Assembly: GCF_009914755.1 (NCBI RefSeq)
Contig: NC_060930.1
Reading direction: 5' to 3' (one strand)
DNA from: the human T2T-CHM13v2.0 reference genome, Homo sapiens
Length of the DNA: 64,000 nucleotides
Part shown: piece by piece, positions 12,561-27,759 of the stretch
Position numbering within the stretch: the first letter of the stretch is position 1
Layout: each line of letters starts with the position of its first letter
Made by a program: the position numbers and the translations under genes
The notes under the pieces: generated by a model
What the model was told of the DNA's origin: nothing
What the model saw: the letters and a program-made list of their open reading frames with translations, nothing else
Databases searched by the model: none

Positions 12561-12809
12561 TAAAATATTATAGCCATGTATATTAGATAAGACATTATTA
12601 CAAATCTGTTATAAGGAAATACATCTCATCTTGCTGGAACTATAATCTATCAAGAACATAGTCAAGAAATAAAATATACCCTACGAAAGTGAAGAGCGCT
12701 ATCAGAGGGCAATATAAACTTCATAAGATAATATCCTGTCACATGCTATTATTTGAGCCATTCTAATAAAAGATACTACTTAACTACACATGCTTAAGAT
12801 AATTAATAG

Positions 12810-13010
12810 TTTGAGCATTCACAGACTTAGGGTCAAATACTTGTGCTAGAATTTACTCATTTGGTAATTTATTTCAATTCAGTAAATCTCCATCTCCTCA
12901 GATATAAAATAAGTATGATAATATCTACCTTACAGCGTTTTAATGAAGTTTGCATGTGATTAAAGTTTTGCCTGGTACTTGGTGTTATATAAATGGTAGC
13001 TAATAATTTT
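12810..13010 (+). mobile_element. MIR
   Basis: cagacttagggtcaaat...ataatatctacctt...cctggtac...taaatggtagcta. Confidence 0.6.
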
Positions 13011-13289
13011 CAGCTTAATTATATAGATTTTAGATCCACAATATTAAAGCCAGAGACAGCTACATGATTTTCAATGAAGAATGACACCCCTGCTGTACAC
13101 CTAGGAAAATATGGTCGGGAGAAATCTACAAGAGGAAATAAGTTAATTCATAAAAGCAAGAAATCTGAGTCTTCTTTAACTTAAGGACCCAAAGCCCTGC
13201 ATTCCTTGTTAAAGCTTAGGTATGCCTTTGTATTAATATTACAAAACAGGACAATGAGTTACAAAATGATCTTTGAGAATTACTAAGAG

Positions 13290-13680
13290 TCAGAGTAGTA
13301 AATGCTAGCTGTTGGAACACACAAACCTAAAATCTCAGAGTCTTAACATGACAAAATATTTTTTCCCACTCATGACGATGTGGGCCAGCAGGTTCTCCTG
13401 GAAGCTCTTCATCCATACCACTTTCTTTTGGCATGTCACACCATGGAGTATTCTTGGAACTCTGTGATAGTTCCTCTTCATTTGTTTACTTAATGGGTGA
13501 TGGAAGAGAGGTTCCATGGAGGATTGCATGAGATATTTTAGAAGTCATGCCTAGAAGCAAAACCCATCATTTCTGGCAACACTTCATTATTCATGTCCCC
13601 AGCTAGCTACAAGGGACCTGAGAGATGTAGTTTTTCTGTGTGTCCATGATGTGGGGGCCATCGACCATTGTCTGCTATAA
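13290..13680 (-). mobile_element. Old MLT1 (J/K/L-type) LTR remnant
   Basis: gctagctgttggaaca...aaaatctcagagtcttaacatgacaaaa...ctcatg, typical antisense MLT1 3' end. Confidence 0.5.
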
Positions 13681-16600
13681 TCAATAAAGAAAGAAGTATC
13701 TCGTCAGTTCTAGGAAGTTTTATACAAAAAAAAAAAATAGATTGAGTTGTATATCCATATGTAACTCTGTAGACTGTAAGCTGAGGCTGGGGGCACATCT
13801 TGATCATTTCTAACTTGCAACTAGTGTTAAGTGAATAGTTTCTGGTAACTAGTAGGTTTCTTATATAAGTTAATCCAGAAAGCCTAGTTTCTTAAAGATT
13901 CTATATAATTTTGTATTTATGGTATTGCAGTTTGGAAATAATCATCTCACATATTGAAGAGAAATAAAGTTGTAACAAACAATTCAGTGTGGTCTTAAAT
14001 AGCTTTACATGTTAACTGAATAAGAAAATTTATAGTTACTATATTTGAAATATTAAAAACTTTCTGGACACTTTACTGGATCACCTAGAATTCGGGCTAG
14101 AATTTATTTTCATAAAGATAATAGAAATAAACTTGGATATATATATAAATATATAAAATTTGGATTATATAAAATTCTAAGAAGGAAACAGCATTTACAT
14201 AAAACATTTTTGTTTATTCCCTACCTCCACAAATTATTACAAAGGGATTTCATTTTCCTAAGTATTCCTTTGCCTTCTAAATCTGGAGTCATAGAACTGA
14301 AAGAGAGAAAATCTCACTCTCCTTATTTTCTTTTCACCATCAAGAGAGAAATGAGGAGAATTTGATTCATTTACAGTAAATAAATAAATCCTTTAAAATT
14401 TATTGGCACATGGAAGGCAGCAGAACAGATGAGTATTGCAGGAAGTGCAGAAGTATTGCAGGTAGCAGAATCACCCATAGACAATGACAGGCCCTCGGCA
14501 GTAGCTTATTGTTTACAAGTGAGACTTTGGACCATAAATAGCATAAAAATAATGTACTGTTCATGCCAAAGTCATTTACAAGTCTTATGTTTGGAGATGG
14601 GTCAGACTGCTGATGAGAGCTATAGACAATGACATAATTTTGGAAAAAGACATTAGAGTGAAAGAGATGAGAAATGTTTTTGTAAGTAACAGCGACAACA
14701 ATAAAACAGTAATAAAACCATTTAAATGTAAGAATTACATTGGAAGGTACTGAGGATGTTTTAGATTTTTTTGCCATCTCTATCATTGATTCTGGTGAAT
14801 CTTACTTCAGATCAATACTCATCATCCTTCTGTAACACGTAATTTTTAAAAAAGAAAACCAATGAACAAAGCACCAATAAAAATTATTGCTGAAAATAAA
14901 TGGTTATTTTCACTTATTTGAGATGTAATAGCACCTGAACCTCAGTGAAATTTGGAAACTCATAGAAGAATATTGAGAAAGTAAATAAAAATGTATAAAG
15001 GTGTGGCTAAACGTAGGTGATTTTTTTAGAAGGCTTTCGATTTAGAACAATTTTCTTAAAAATTCAAAATCATACTTGTCAGCATCCTGGAGTAAAAGAT
15101 CTGAGAAAGTTGCTGCCGAAAGATTTTTGCTCATCTCAAAACAAACAAAAAAATGAAACATTAGACTTAGTACTAGAGATCGTGTTGGATATGAGAGATT
15201 ATTTCTATATTGTCAGTAGAAATGGAAACAAGTCAAAATTCTATAGTTTATGAAATACAATATATTGTTGACTTTGCTTTGTTACAATTGAAATTATCGG
15301 TTGGGCTTAACAGTGATTTGCTTCTTTAAAGTAACTAAATTGATCACCAGAAGTTATCTGCTTTTAGGCTCTTTTCATGTCCTTCACCACCTAGAACATA
15401 TCTATGTGTAATTAACTTTAAAATGCATGCTTTTTATATCCTCTCCCACAGTTATCAAAACTCCAGAAAGGAACTCTGAGAAATAATTTCTAAATTGTGT
15501 TTGCCCTGCATACACACACAGACACTCACTTTAAACATACAGCTAAGGGTTACATCTTAATGTGATATAGATTGGGTTCTTTAATATCAGAGATTAGTCA
15601 ATATTTTTCTAATTTTATTGAAATCAACCAAGATTTTAATGGTGCCGTTTAGCCAGCTGACACAATCTGAGACACCTTCATTATCAGCATAGGTGAAGCT
15701 AAGTGTAAACCTTTGTACTGCTTTCTACTTTCTTTCATGAATAGAATTGAGTTGTACTAAGGTAATGGTGCAAATTTACAGTATCCATAAAAGCACCATT
15801 ATTGTACTGCTTTGCCTAATGCATTAGGAAGAGAAGACCACTTGGCAGACACCACATATCTACAAATGAACAAAATGGACTAAAATCAAAATTGCATTAC
15901 TTTTGTCAATAATTTGCGTTATAATTTTATGGCAAATATTAATGGAAAGAGTATCTTAAATAAAAATGAGTCTGATGGTTTCCTTTTGTTGTTGCAGCCC
16001 TGATTGTATTTACATCCAGTCATTTATTGCCCATTAAAGGAGTAATGCTATGTTAATGTAAAGGGGGAAAAAATCAATGCTACTGAGATCAGTAGCTGTA
16101 GGGAAACAGTGCGGCAGCTGGTTTGCAAACAGTGAGCCCATATAGATCAATGAAATTACAAGCTAAATCTGCTGATGCTCACAAACTGCTCCAGCGGTGT
16201 GCTGTCTAACCTTTTTCAAGTTCAAGAGCTCTAGAAAGGCAGAGATAAATAAATGGAAAGCAGGGCAAAGGCAACCAGGAGACGGTGACAGTGTACCTAG
16301 AGTACTGTGATATGTGATATTTTACTTTTGCAGATATCAAGATAACTGCACATTTTAACCTATAAAGAAGCCCTATAATCTGTCGGGGAGCCACATGGAG
16401 AGCCTTCACAACCCAGAAAATCTACCTTAAAAGGGTTCTTTTATTTGGAGCATTGGAAGGCTACATGATACTTCACAAATGTGCTTGTTAAGCTAAATTA
16501 CAAAAAATATTATTCAGTGAGCTAATGATGGAATTCTAAAATATATTGTGGGTTGCATTTGATGACTTATTGGAGTCCCCAAAATATTATTGTAAAGATA

Positions 16601-17289
16601 AATATTATATACATTGAGCCTCAGCTTCTTGATAATAAATCACCAATCAGATTCTTGCACATTTAATGTTTGAAAAAAGATAATGAGCTTTTCATCTCAA
16701 TCAAGTGATTTTGTATCAATTTGCATGCCATTAGTAAGTGTTTTTCCTCATAAGTTTTGAATTTTCAGTTTTTCTTTGTCTAAGCCTTCCATGGACACTC
16801 AGCTGTATTTTGACTACATTTCTTGAGACACACAAAATCTTTACTGGAGGACTGTTAATTGACCCAATCAGAGGAATAGGTGATATTTCCAAAAGAGAAT
16901 CATTACATGGATTGATTTTTAAAAAATAAGTTGACTCTGTTTAGAACTACAGAGGACCTTTGACATTGGCCCATGCAACATCATTTTTCACCCATAAAGG
17001 ATCAATGACTTTCCCAAGAACACATACATCAGAACTCATCCAGGGGCTTCCAGGCTAACAGCAGTACTGCTCTCAACCCATGATGCTGCCCTAACATGAT
17101 TGGGGTAGGAAAAAAGGAAGAGAGTGTAGAAGAGAGAAAAAAGTAGAATGAAGGTTTACATGGGATGTTTTTATTCAAATATTCACAGAAAATAAAAATA
17201 CTAAAATCATACATGGGATAAAACTAATCACAGAATATTATTTCTACTAAATTATTCATAAACAAATTGTTGATGCAAAGAACAAAAAC

Positions 17290-17520
17290 CCAGCCTGGCA
17301 ACATGGTGAAACCCTGTCTCTACCAAAAATACAAAAAATTAACCAGGTGTGGTGGTGCATGCTTATAGTACCAACTACTCGGGAGGCTGAGGTAGGAGAA
17401 TCACCTGAGCCAGGGAAGTGGAGGTTGCAGAAAGCTGAGATGGTGCCCTACTGCACTCCAGCCTGGGCAACAGGTGTGAGAACCACACACACACACAGAC
17501 ACACACACAAAGAAGAAAAA
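17290..17520 (+). mobile_element. 5'-truncated old Alu (AluJ/S) with tail converted to (CA)n
   Basis: ccagcctggcaacatggtgaaaccc...gcactccagcctgggcaaca followed by CA repeat. Confidence 0.9.
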
Positions 17521-18189
17521 GATGTCTTTCTCTTTCCTCTCTTCCTCCTTAAATCAATCAAAGAAAATGCAAAACAAAAACACTGATTAAAGAGTCAACC
17601 AAAGTGTAGCCTGTCAGCAAGGCTGACCAAACTTCATCTCTTCCTCAGACACCCTCTGAGTACATGTCCTGAGAGGCACAAGACACGCTTTCTTTGAACC
17701 CTAGTGCAGTAATTATATCGATTTAAATAATTCTATCTGTCTCAATCCTCTAAGATAGTGACACAAGAGTGACATGATCTTTACAGGACTGGCTTACTAG
17801 ATAATGGCAGAAATCTCAGCCAAGTAGCATGAACTGGTAACTCTTATAGTTTAGATCCCTGTATTTAAATATACCTCGGTTTTTACAAACCAGGATGTTT
17901 TGTTTTGGTACACTGTGTTAAAAATTAATAAAATTTTTAGCAGTTGAGATAAATATGAATTATTTTCTACTCCGTGTAAGGAATAATCATACTTGAGATA
18001 AGTTATTACATTTTGGAGAGTATCCTTTAAAAAATAATGTCAAAAATAATCAGAGGACATATACTATCTCCTAAGTAATTTTAGAATAAGTTAAACCTGA
18101 GCAATACATGTATTTACCTTGCTAATGATTCAGGTAATATGAACTCTATCAAATTCACTGTGTTATAATTTTACATTTTATTTTATAAT

Positions 18190-18380
18190 ATCTTATTCTC
18201 ATATTTTCAGGTTTTCAAAGTATGTTCATCTCTACTTTCTGATATCTTCATATGAATACTGTGAAATAGGTAGATTGGATATTATTACCTCCAGTTAACG
18301 TAAGGATACAGAAAGAGGCCAAGCCATTTTCCCAAAGTCACTTGTCAACCATTCAGAGATGAGAACTCAATTCCTGGGAA
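18190..18380 (-). mobile_element. MIR
   Basis: tactgtgaaataggtag...attattacctcc...cccaaagtcac. Confidence 0.55.
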
Positions 18381-19207
18381 AAAAAACTCTATTATTTTAT
18401 TATTGCCTCTACTTTATGCTTTGAATAGGATGCTTTGAATATGGGTAAGAGAAAAACTGAAGCATGAGAAGAAAAATTTTAGCTATACCTTGTTCCTCAT
18501 ACTAAATGATTATACTAATGATCAGAACTCCAATAACGAAACCAGACACTCAGGGTCTTTAAACTTGGGTAAGGGAGTTCATATTACGAAAATAATTTTT
18601 CAGGACATTTTAAGGAGCAATGTGTTAACACTGGCAGAGCGTCACCAAATTATGGTGAAGTCTACACAAAAAAGATACGAGTTAATAAAATACACAACCA
18701 TGTTTTACTGTAGCTATGGAGGATGATTGATGTAACAGGTAACAGCATGGTAGTATTGTGGAGTTAAATATACTCATACTGTGGGGGAGGCATTTCCAAA
18801 TAATTCTTGGCCTGGAGATTTTCCTTTCCCCAGCTAAAAGCCAGATAAATCTCTACACCTTTCATCTTTAACTGTCAGTGATGTTCAGGGCAGGTAGACA
18901 GAGGGCAAAAAAGAGAAAGCAGTGGGTATAGCTGACATTTGCAGAATGTACACTGAAGGGAATAAGATCTCCATAATTTTCAATATTGCAGTGATTTCTA
19001 CTGCCGGCTCTTTTAGTGTCCCTGACACACTGTCTTGCCTCATGCAGGAGGTGACAAATCCAATTTCAGGTACTAATCTGACACTGTACTGAAATGACCC
19101 ACTACCTAATCTCAGATATTCAGATCCAATGGCTTTGGATTCCAGCTCCTTTCTGTTTATGGACCTCTTTCTTGTTATGATGACCTAGTTGTACTCTCTT
19201 TCCTGGT

Positions 19208-19490
<283 letters not shown>

Positions 19491-19674
19491 AGACAGCCCT
19501 CTCTACTCCACTCTTTATTTCTTGTGCACAGCTCTGAATATGGAGACATCCACTGCTCTTGGCAGCAATTTCTTACTCCGGTCAATTCAGACTTGCAGAG
19601 CTGACAAAGTTAAACTGACTTTCTTGTCCCTTCTACTAAAGAGACAAATTGGACATGTTTAATAGGTGAATAAA

Positions 19675-20977
<1,303 letters not shown>

Positions 20978-20980
20978 GAT

Positions 20981-23703
20981 GTCAAATCCCTGAATAGACC
21001 AATAACAAGTTCTGAAATTGAGGCAGTAATTAATAGTCTACTAACTAAAAAATGCCCAGGACCAGATGGATTCACAGCCTAATTCTACCAGAGGTACAAA
21101 GAGGAGCTGGAACCATTCCTTCTGAAATTATTCCAAACAATAGAAAAAGAGGGACTCCTCCCTAACTCATTTTATGAGGCCAGCATTATCCTGATACCAA
21201 AACCTGGCAGAGACACAACAAAAAAGGAAAATTTCATGCCAGTATCCCTGATGAATATCAATGCAAAAATCCTCACTAAAATACTGGCAAACCAAGTCCA
21301 GCAGCTCATCATAAAGCTTATCCACCATGATCAAGTCAGCTTCATCCCTAGGATGCAAGTCTGGTTCAACATACACAAATCAATAAACTTAATCCGTCAT
21401 ATAAACAGAACCAATGACAAAAACCACATGATTATCTCAATAGATTCAGAAAACTCCTTGGGTAAAATTCAACACCCTTTCATGCTAAAAATTCTCAATA
21501 AACTAGGTATTGGTGGAATGTGTCTCAAAATAATAGGAGCTATTTATTACAAACCCACAACCAATATCAAACTGAATGGGCAAAAGCTGGAAGCATTCCT
21601 TTTGAAAACCAGCACACGACAAGGATGCCCTCTCTCACCACTCTTATTCAAAATGGTATTGGAAGTTCTGACCAGGGCAATCAGGCAAGAGAAAGAAATA
21701 AAGGGTACTCAAATAGGAAGAGAGGGAGTCAAATTGTCTCTGTTTGCAGATGTTGTGGTTGTATATTTAGAAAACCCCATCATCTCAGCTCAAAATCTCC
21801 TTAAGCTGATGAGCAATTTCAACAAAGTCTCAGGATACAAAATCAATGTGCAAAAATCACAAGCATTCCTATACACCAAAAATCCTGAGTGAACTCCCAT
21901 TCACAATTGCTACAAAGAGAATAAAATACCTAGGAATACAACTTACAAGGGATGTGAAAGACCTCTTCAAGGAGAACTACAAACCACAGCTCAAGGAAAT
22001 AAGAGAGGACACAAACAAATGGAAAAACATACCATGCTCATGGATAGAAAGAATCAGTATCATGAAAATGGCCATACTACCCAAAGTAATTTATAGATTC
22101 AATGCTATCCCCATCAGGCTACCATTGACTTTCTTCACAGAATTAGAAAAAAACTACTTTATATTTCATATGGAACCAAAAAAGAACCCATATAGCCAAG
22201 ACAATCCTAAGCAAAAAGAACAAAGCTGGAGGCATGACACTACCTGACTTCAAACTATACTACAAGACTATAGTAACCAAAACAGCATGGTACTGGTACC
22301 AAAACAGATATATAGACCAGTGGAACAGAACAGAGGACTCAGAAATAATGCCACACGTGTACAACCATCTGATATTTGACAAACCTGACAAAAGCAATGG
22401 GGTAAGGATTCTCTATTGAATAAATGGTGTTGGGAAGAATGGGTAGACATATGCAGAAAACTGAAACTGAACTCCTTCCTTACACCTTATACAAAAATTA
22501 ACTCAAGATGGATTAAATACTTAAATGTAAAGCCTAAAACTATAAAAACCCTAGAAGAAAACCTAGGCCATACTATTCAGGACATACGCATGGGCAAAAA
22601 CTTCATGACTAAAATGGTAAAAGCAATGGCAACACAAGCCAAAGTTGACAAATGGGATCCAATTAAACTAAAGAGCTTCTGCACAGCTAAAGAAACTATC
22701 ACCAGAGTTAACAGGCAGCCCAAATAATTGGAGAAAATTTTTGCAATCTATCCATCTGACAAAGGGCTAATATCCAGAGGCTACAAGGAACTTAAACAAA
22801 TTTACAAGAAACAAACAAGGAACTTAAACAAATTTACAAGAAACAAACAAGCAACCCCATCAAAAAGTGAGTGAAGGATATGAACAGACACTTCTCAAAA
22901 GAAGACATTTATGTGGCCAACAAACATGAAAAAAAAGTTCATCATCACTCATCATTAGAGAAATGCAAATCAAAACCACAATGAGATACCATCTCACGCC
23001 AGTTAGAGTGGTGATCATTAAAAAGTTAGGAAACAACAGATGCTGGAGAGGATGTGGAGAAATAGGAACGCTTTTACACTGTTGGTGGGAGTGTAAATTA
23101 GTTCAACCATTGTGGAAGACAGTGTGGTGATTCCTCAAGGATCTAGAACCAGAAATACCATTTGACCCAGAAATCCCATTACTGGGTATATACCCAAAGG
23201 ATTATAAATCATTGTACTATAAAGACACATGCACACGTATGTTTACTGCAGCACTATTCACAATTGCAAAGACTGGGAAGCAACCCAAATGCCCATCAAT
23301 GATAGACAGGATAAAGAAAGTGTGGCACATATACACTATGGAATACTATATAGCCATAAAAAAGGATGAGTTCATGTCCTTTGCAGGGACATGGATGAAG
23401 CTGGAAACCATCATTCTCAGCAAATTAACACAGGAACAGAAAATCAAAAACCGCATATTCTCACTCATAAGTGGGAGTTGAACAAAGAACACATGGACAC
23501 AGGAAGGGGAACATCACACACTGGGACCGGTTGGGGTTGGGGGTCTAGGGGAGGGATAGCATTAGGAGAAATGCCTAATGTGGATGTTGGGTTGATGGTT
23601 GCAGAAAACCACCATGGCATGTGTATACCTATGTAACAAACCTGCACATACTGCACGTGTATCCCAGAATTTAAAGTATAATACAAAAAAAAAAAGAAAA
23701 AAA
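20981..23703 (+). mobile_element. L1PA (PA5/PA6-like) 3' segment: ORF2 RT and C-terminus, 3'UTR, poly(A)
   Basis: RT motifs [12 protein letters not shown] and LSLFAD in 21236..21892; 3'UTR gggatagcattaggagaaa; A tail; TSD aggtgaataaa at 23704-23714; frameshifted. Confidence 0.95.
22783..22851. repeat. 32-bp perfect tandem duplication inside L1
   Basis: acaaggaacttaaacaaatttacaagaaacaa at 22783-22814 and 22815-22846. Confidence 0.95.
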
Positions 23704-24276
23704 AGGTGAATAAAAATAGCAGTAGTGAGAACTAAACATTTTAATTGATTAAGACTTAGTTGAACTTTGAGGAACTGCAAAGTAAAATGTCTCTGCAATT
23801 TATGTAATACTTGGTTAAACAGAAGAACTCATTTACTGGGGCCATACATAGCAAGGAATACCAAAAAGGATATGCAAAAACAAAGGAGAATCAGGTTCCC
23901 CACTCTAATATGGCATTTTCCTTGAGCTACGTGGCCCATAGTATGAGCAGTTGGATCTCTGTAAAAAGGTGTCCCAGTGATTATTCTTTGAGGGTTAGAT
24001 GCTGAATTGATTTTGTTCATCTACCTTTCACTCAATACACAGGCCAGACCACTGGCGTCTGTTCTCATTCTTTCATCACTGATGTTCTTTTCTCATAGTA
24101 GTGACCCCTGATGGACTTTTCTCATCCTGGTGACCCCTTCGACACTGTCCAAGAAAATTCTGATATTCTACCCTATTCATGCTGCTGTGAGTAAAATATT
24201 GTCTGTAGACTGATACTTTCTCTTATGAGTGGTTCAACCACCAAGCAAGATCTAGGCAAAATAACAGAATGATAAA

Positions 24277-24540
24277 CTAAAGAGAAAAGGGAGAGAGACT
24301 TTCTTCTAATACATTAATGATTGATTGATCGGCTTATAAATTCTTTTTATGAAGATTGTTTCTTATTATAGATATATATATATAGGTGTTGCCTGAGTTG
24401 ACTCTAAAGAGAAAAGGGAGAGAGACTTTCTTCTAATACATTAATGATTGATTGATTGGCTTATAAATTCTTTTTATGAAGATTGTTTCTTATTATAGAT
24501 ATATAGATACATATATATAGGTGTTGCCTGAGTTGACTCT
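24277..24540. repeat. ~127-bp tandem duplication of unique DNA
   Basis: ctaaagagaaaagggagagag...gcctgagttgact at 24277-24403 and 24404-24538. Confidence 0.97.
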
Positions 24541-24969
24541 TAGGTAAATGTACTTAATTCATTTCACAATGTGACTGACTTTTTAAAAAAATTCTCAACT
24601 AATCCACTTTTCTACATTGTGTAGTTCTGAATTAACATAATCTATTAAGAATGGTTAAAAAAAACCCAGAAGTATCTGAACTTGGTGGAGACCATTAGAT
24701 AATTATAATTACAGTCCTAGCATTGCATAGAAAAATAATAGGATAAGCTATCCTCTCTCAACATACTGCCTTAATAAGGCCTCATCTTGTCTGTGTCATT
24801 CTTCCCAGTTTTAGAATATAAATTGTCCAGATTTTATTTTTCTTTCAATACATTCCACATAAGACTCATGTGTTGAATGAGTAAATTGACTGATGGCATG
24901 CATATGTAGCTTTAAACAATGTGTATGTACAAATAAATGTTAGTTTAGAATTTATTTAGATGTCACACT

Positions 24970-26123
24970 TATAAATTGTTTAATTTTTTGGAATTTATGT
25001 CAATTTTACATGCAATACACTGCATCTAATTTATCAGTTTTGACAGTGGTACACACCCAAGAACTCACCTCCATAGTCAAGTACAGAACATTTTCATTAT
25101 CCCCCTGCGGTTCCTTGTATCCTGTTGTCCCATTGCAGAATATTTCTTTTGCTACCCACTGCTCCAGGCAAGCATTGTTTTTATTTTTTTCTTTTATCCC
25201 TGTAGATTAGTTAGCACTTCAAATAATTTTATGTAAGTGGATTCATGCAATATACACCCTTTGGCTTTTTCACCGAAGATAGTGATTTGGGATTGATTCA
25301 ATCGCTTGTATATATAAATAGTTCCTTTCTTTTTTATTGCTGAGTAGTATTTCATTGTTTGAAATCACATTTTGCCTAACCACTCAGCTGTTGATTGACA
25401 ACTGGGTTGTTTGCGGTTTTTGAATATTTTTAATAAAGATGCCACTAATATTTGTGCATAAGACTTCGTGTAAACATGTTTTTATTTCTTTGTGAAAATA
25501 CCTGAGTGGAATAACTGGGTCAAATGGTATGAATATGTTGAACTCCAAGAAACTGACAAACATTTTTCCAAAGTGGGTTATGCCACATTAAACTCCCATC
25601 ACTAGTGTAGAGTTCTAGTTGCTGCATATCCTTACCAACACTTGGGATTTTGAGTAAATTTTGAATTTAGCCATTTTCATGCGTGTAAAGTGGTAGGTCA
25701 GCTTTAATTTGCCTTTCTCTGATGAATAATGATGGTGAGCATTTTTTCTTGCACTTCTTAATTACTCAATATTTTCATTTGTAAAGTATTATTAAATATT
25801 TTGCTTATTTTTATTGAGTTGTTATCTTATTATTGAGTTGTAAATTTTTTTGTAATCTGGATATAAGTTCCATGTCAAATATATGTATTGCATAATTTTC
25901 TTCCATTCTGTGACTTGCCTTTTTATTTTTGTAAAAGTAGTTTTCAAAGAGCAACACTTTTTAATTTTAATAAAGTTTATCATTTTTTTATTTTATGATT
26001 TGTGTTCTCTGTGTCCTCCCTAAGATATCTTTGCCTCCCCAGATGTCACATATCTTTAAAATGCTTGCTTCTAGAATTTTTATTGTTGTTTTTTTATGTT
26101 CAGGTCTATGATCCATTCAAAAT
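24970..26123 (-). mobile_element. Old L1M (MB/MC/ME) 3' portion
   Basis: ttttattgctgagtagtatttcattg, aaactgacaaacatttttccaaagtgg, catatccttaccaacacttgg. Confidence 0.75.
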
Positions 26124-26125
26124 TA

Positions 26126-27197
26126 CAGGCATACCTCAGATATTACAGGTTGAGTTCCAGACCACCTCACAAAAGCAGATACGCAACAAAGTGAGTCAAT
26201 GATGTTTTTTTGGTTTCCCAGTGCACATAGAAGTTAGGCTTACACTATATTATAGTCTATTAAGTGTGCAATAACATTATGTCTAAAAAATCAATGTACA
26301 TATCTTAATTTAAAATATTTTATTGCTCAAAATGCTAATGATTATGAGTCTTCAACAAGTCATAATCTTTTTGCTGGTGGAGGATCATGCCTTAATGTTG
26401 ATGGATGGCTGCTAACTGATCAGGGTAGTAGTTGCTGAAGGCTGGCATGACTATGGCAACTTCTTTAAAACAAGACAATAAAGAAGTTTGCAGCATTTAT
26501 TCGCTCTTTCTATCACAGAAGATTGTTCTGTAGCATGTGATGTTGTTTGATAGCATTTTACCCAGAGAAGAATTTTTTTCAAAATTGGAGTCAGTCCTCT
26601 CAAACCCTGCCATTGCTTTATCAACCAAGTTTATGGAATATTCTAAATTCTTTGTTTTGATTTCCACAATGTCCACAGCATCTTCACCAAAAGTAGATTC
26701 CATCTTAAGAAACCATTTTCTTTGCTCCTCCATTAAAAAGCAACACCTAATCTTTTAAAGTTTTATCATGAGATTGCAGCAATTCAGTCTCACCTTCAGA
26801 TTTCATTTCTAATTCTAGTTATCTTGCCATTTCTACCACATTGGCAGTTACTTCCTCCACTTAATTCTTGAACTCTTCAAAGTCATCCATGGGGATTGCT
26901 GTCAACTTCTTTCAAAGTCCAGCTAATATTGATGTTTTCACTTCCATTCATAAATCATGAATGTTCTTAATAGCACCTAGAATGGTGAATTCTTTCCAGA
27001 GGTTTTCAATTTACTTTGGCTAGATCCATCAGAAGAATCAGTATCTGTGGCAGCTATAGCTCTATGAAATGTCTTTCCTAAACAGTAATACTTGAAAGTT
27101 GAAATGACTCCTTCTTGATCCATGGGTTGCAGAGTGGATGTTGTGTTAGTAGGCATGAACACAACTTTAACCTCCTTGTACATCTCCATGAGAGCTC
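26126..27197 (-). mobile_element. Tigger1 DNA transposon 3' half (decayed transposase)
   Basis: TA then terminal repeat caggcatacctc; ORFs [25 protein letters not shown] and [18 protein letters not shown] are Tigger1/pogo DDE transposase. Confidence 0.93.
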
Positions 27198-27199
27198 AA

Positions 27200-27513
27200 T
27201 AATAAATATCTATTAATTTGCATGGAAATCAATAATAAGCCCAATACATGTTAACATAAAAAACATAACTTTGTAAAAATATTTATATATTTCAGAATGA
27301 AAAGTTAATGAGAAAAAGAGCATTGTTGTACACTAAAAAATACTTTAATGTCTGTTTCTACATTAAATCTGTTGAGATTTTACAGATCATTTACCTTCTG
27401 GAAAACTCCACTGTAAACTTGTGAGAGTGTGAGAGTGAAAAGGCGATTAGTATCTTACCATTATTAGAAAAATAGTTTTAATTCAGTCCTGGAACAGAAT
27501 TTGAGAACTGCTG
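27200..27513 (+). mobile_element. hAT-Charlie1 3' end fragment
   Basis: ctctggaaaactccactgta-like motif, gagagtgaaaaggc...aaaatagtttt...tttgagaactgctg terminus. Confidence 0.65.
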
Positions 27514-27544
27514 CTCTATTATCTTCTTTTTTAAAACAAATACT

Positions 27545-27724
27545 TCTTTTTTTTAGTTACTTATTTTTTTATTTCCATAGGTTATTGGGGAACAGGTAGT
27601 GTTTGGTTACATGAGTAAGTTCTTCAGTGGTGATTTGTGAGATTTTGGTGCACCCGTAGCCCGAGAAGTATACACTGTACCCAATTTGTGGTCTTTTATC
27701 CCTCATTCCCTTCCCAACCTTTCC
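27545..27724 (-). mobile_element. L1PB1-like 3' end, heavily 5'-truncated
   Basis: tttccataggttattggggaacagg...ttacatgagtaagttcttcagtggtgatttgtgagattttggtgcaccc. Confidence 0.85.
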
Positions 27725-27759
27725 TTAAAAAAAAAAAACAAAAAAAACAAAAAAAAACT

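Noticed and set aside
26497-27189. TIGD1-like gene
   Set aside because: Fragmented transposase of a truncated Tigger1 copy with its terminal repeat; no continuous ORF
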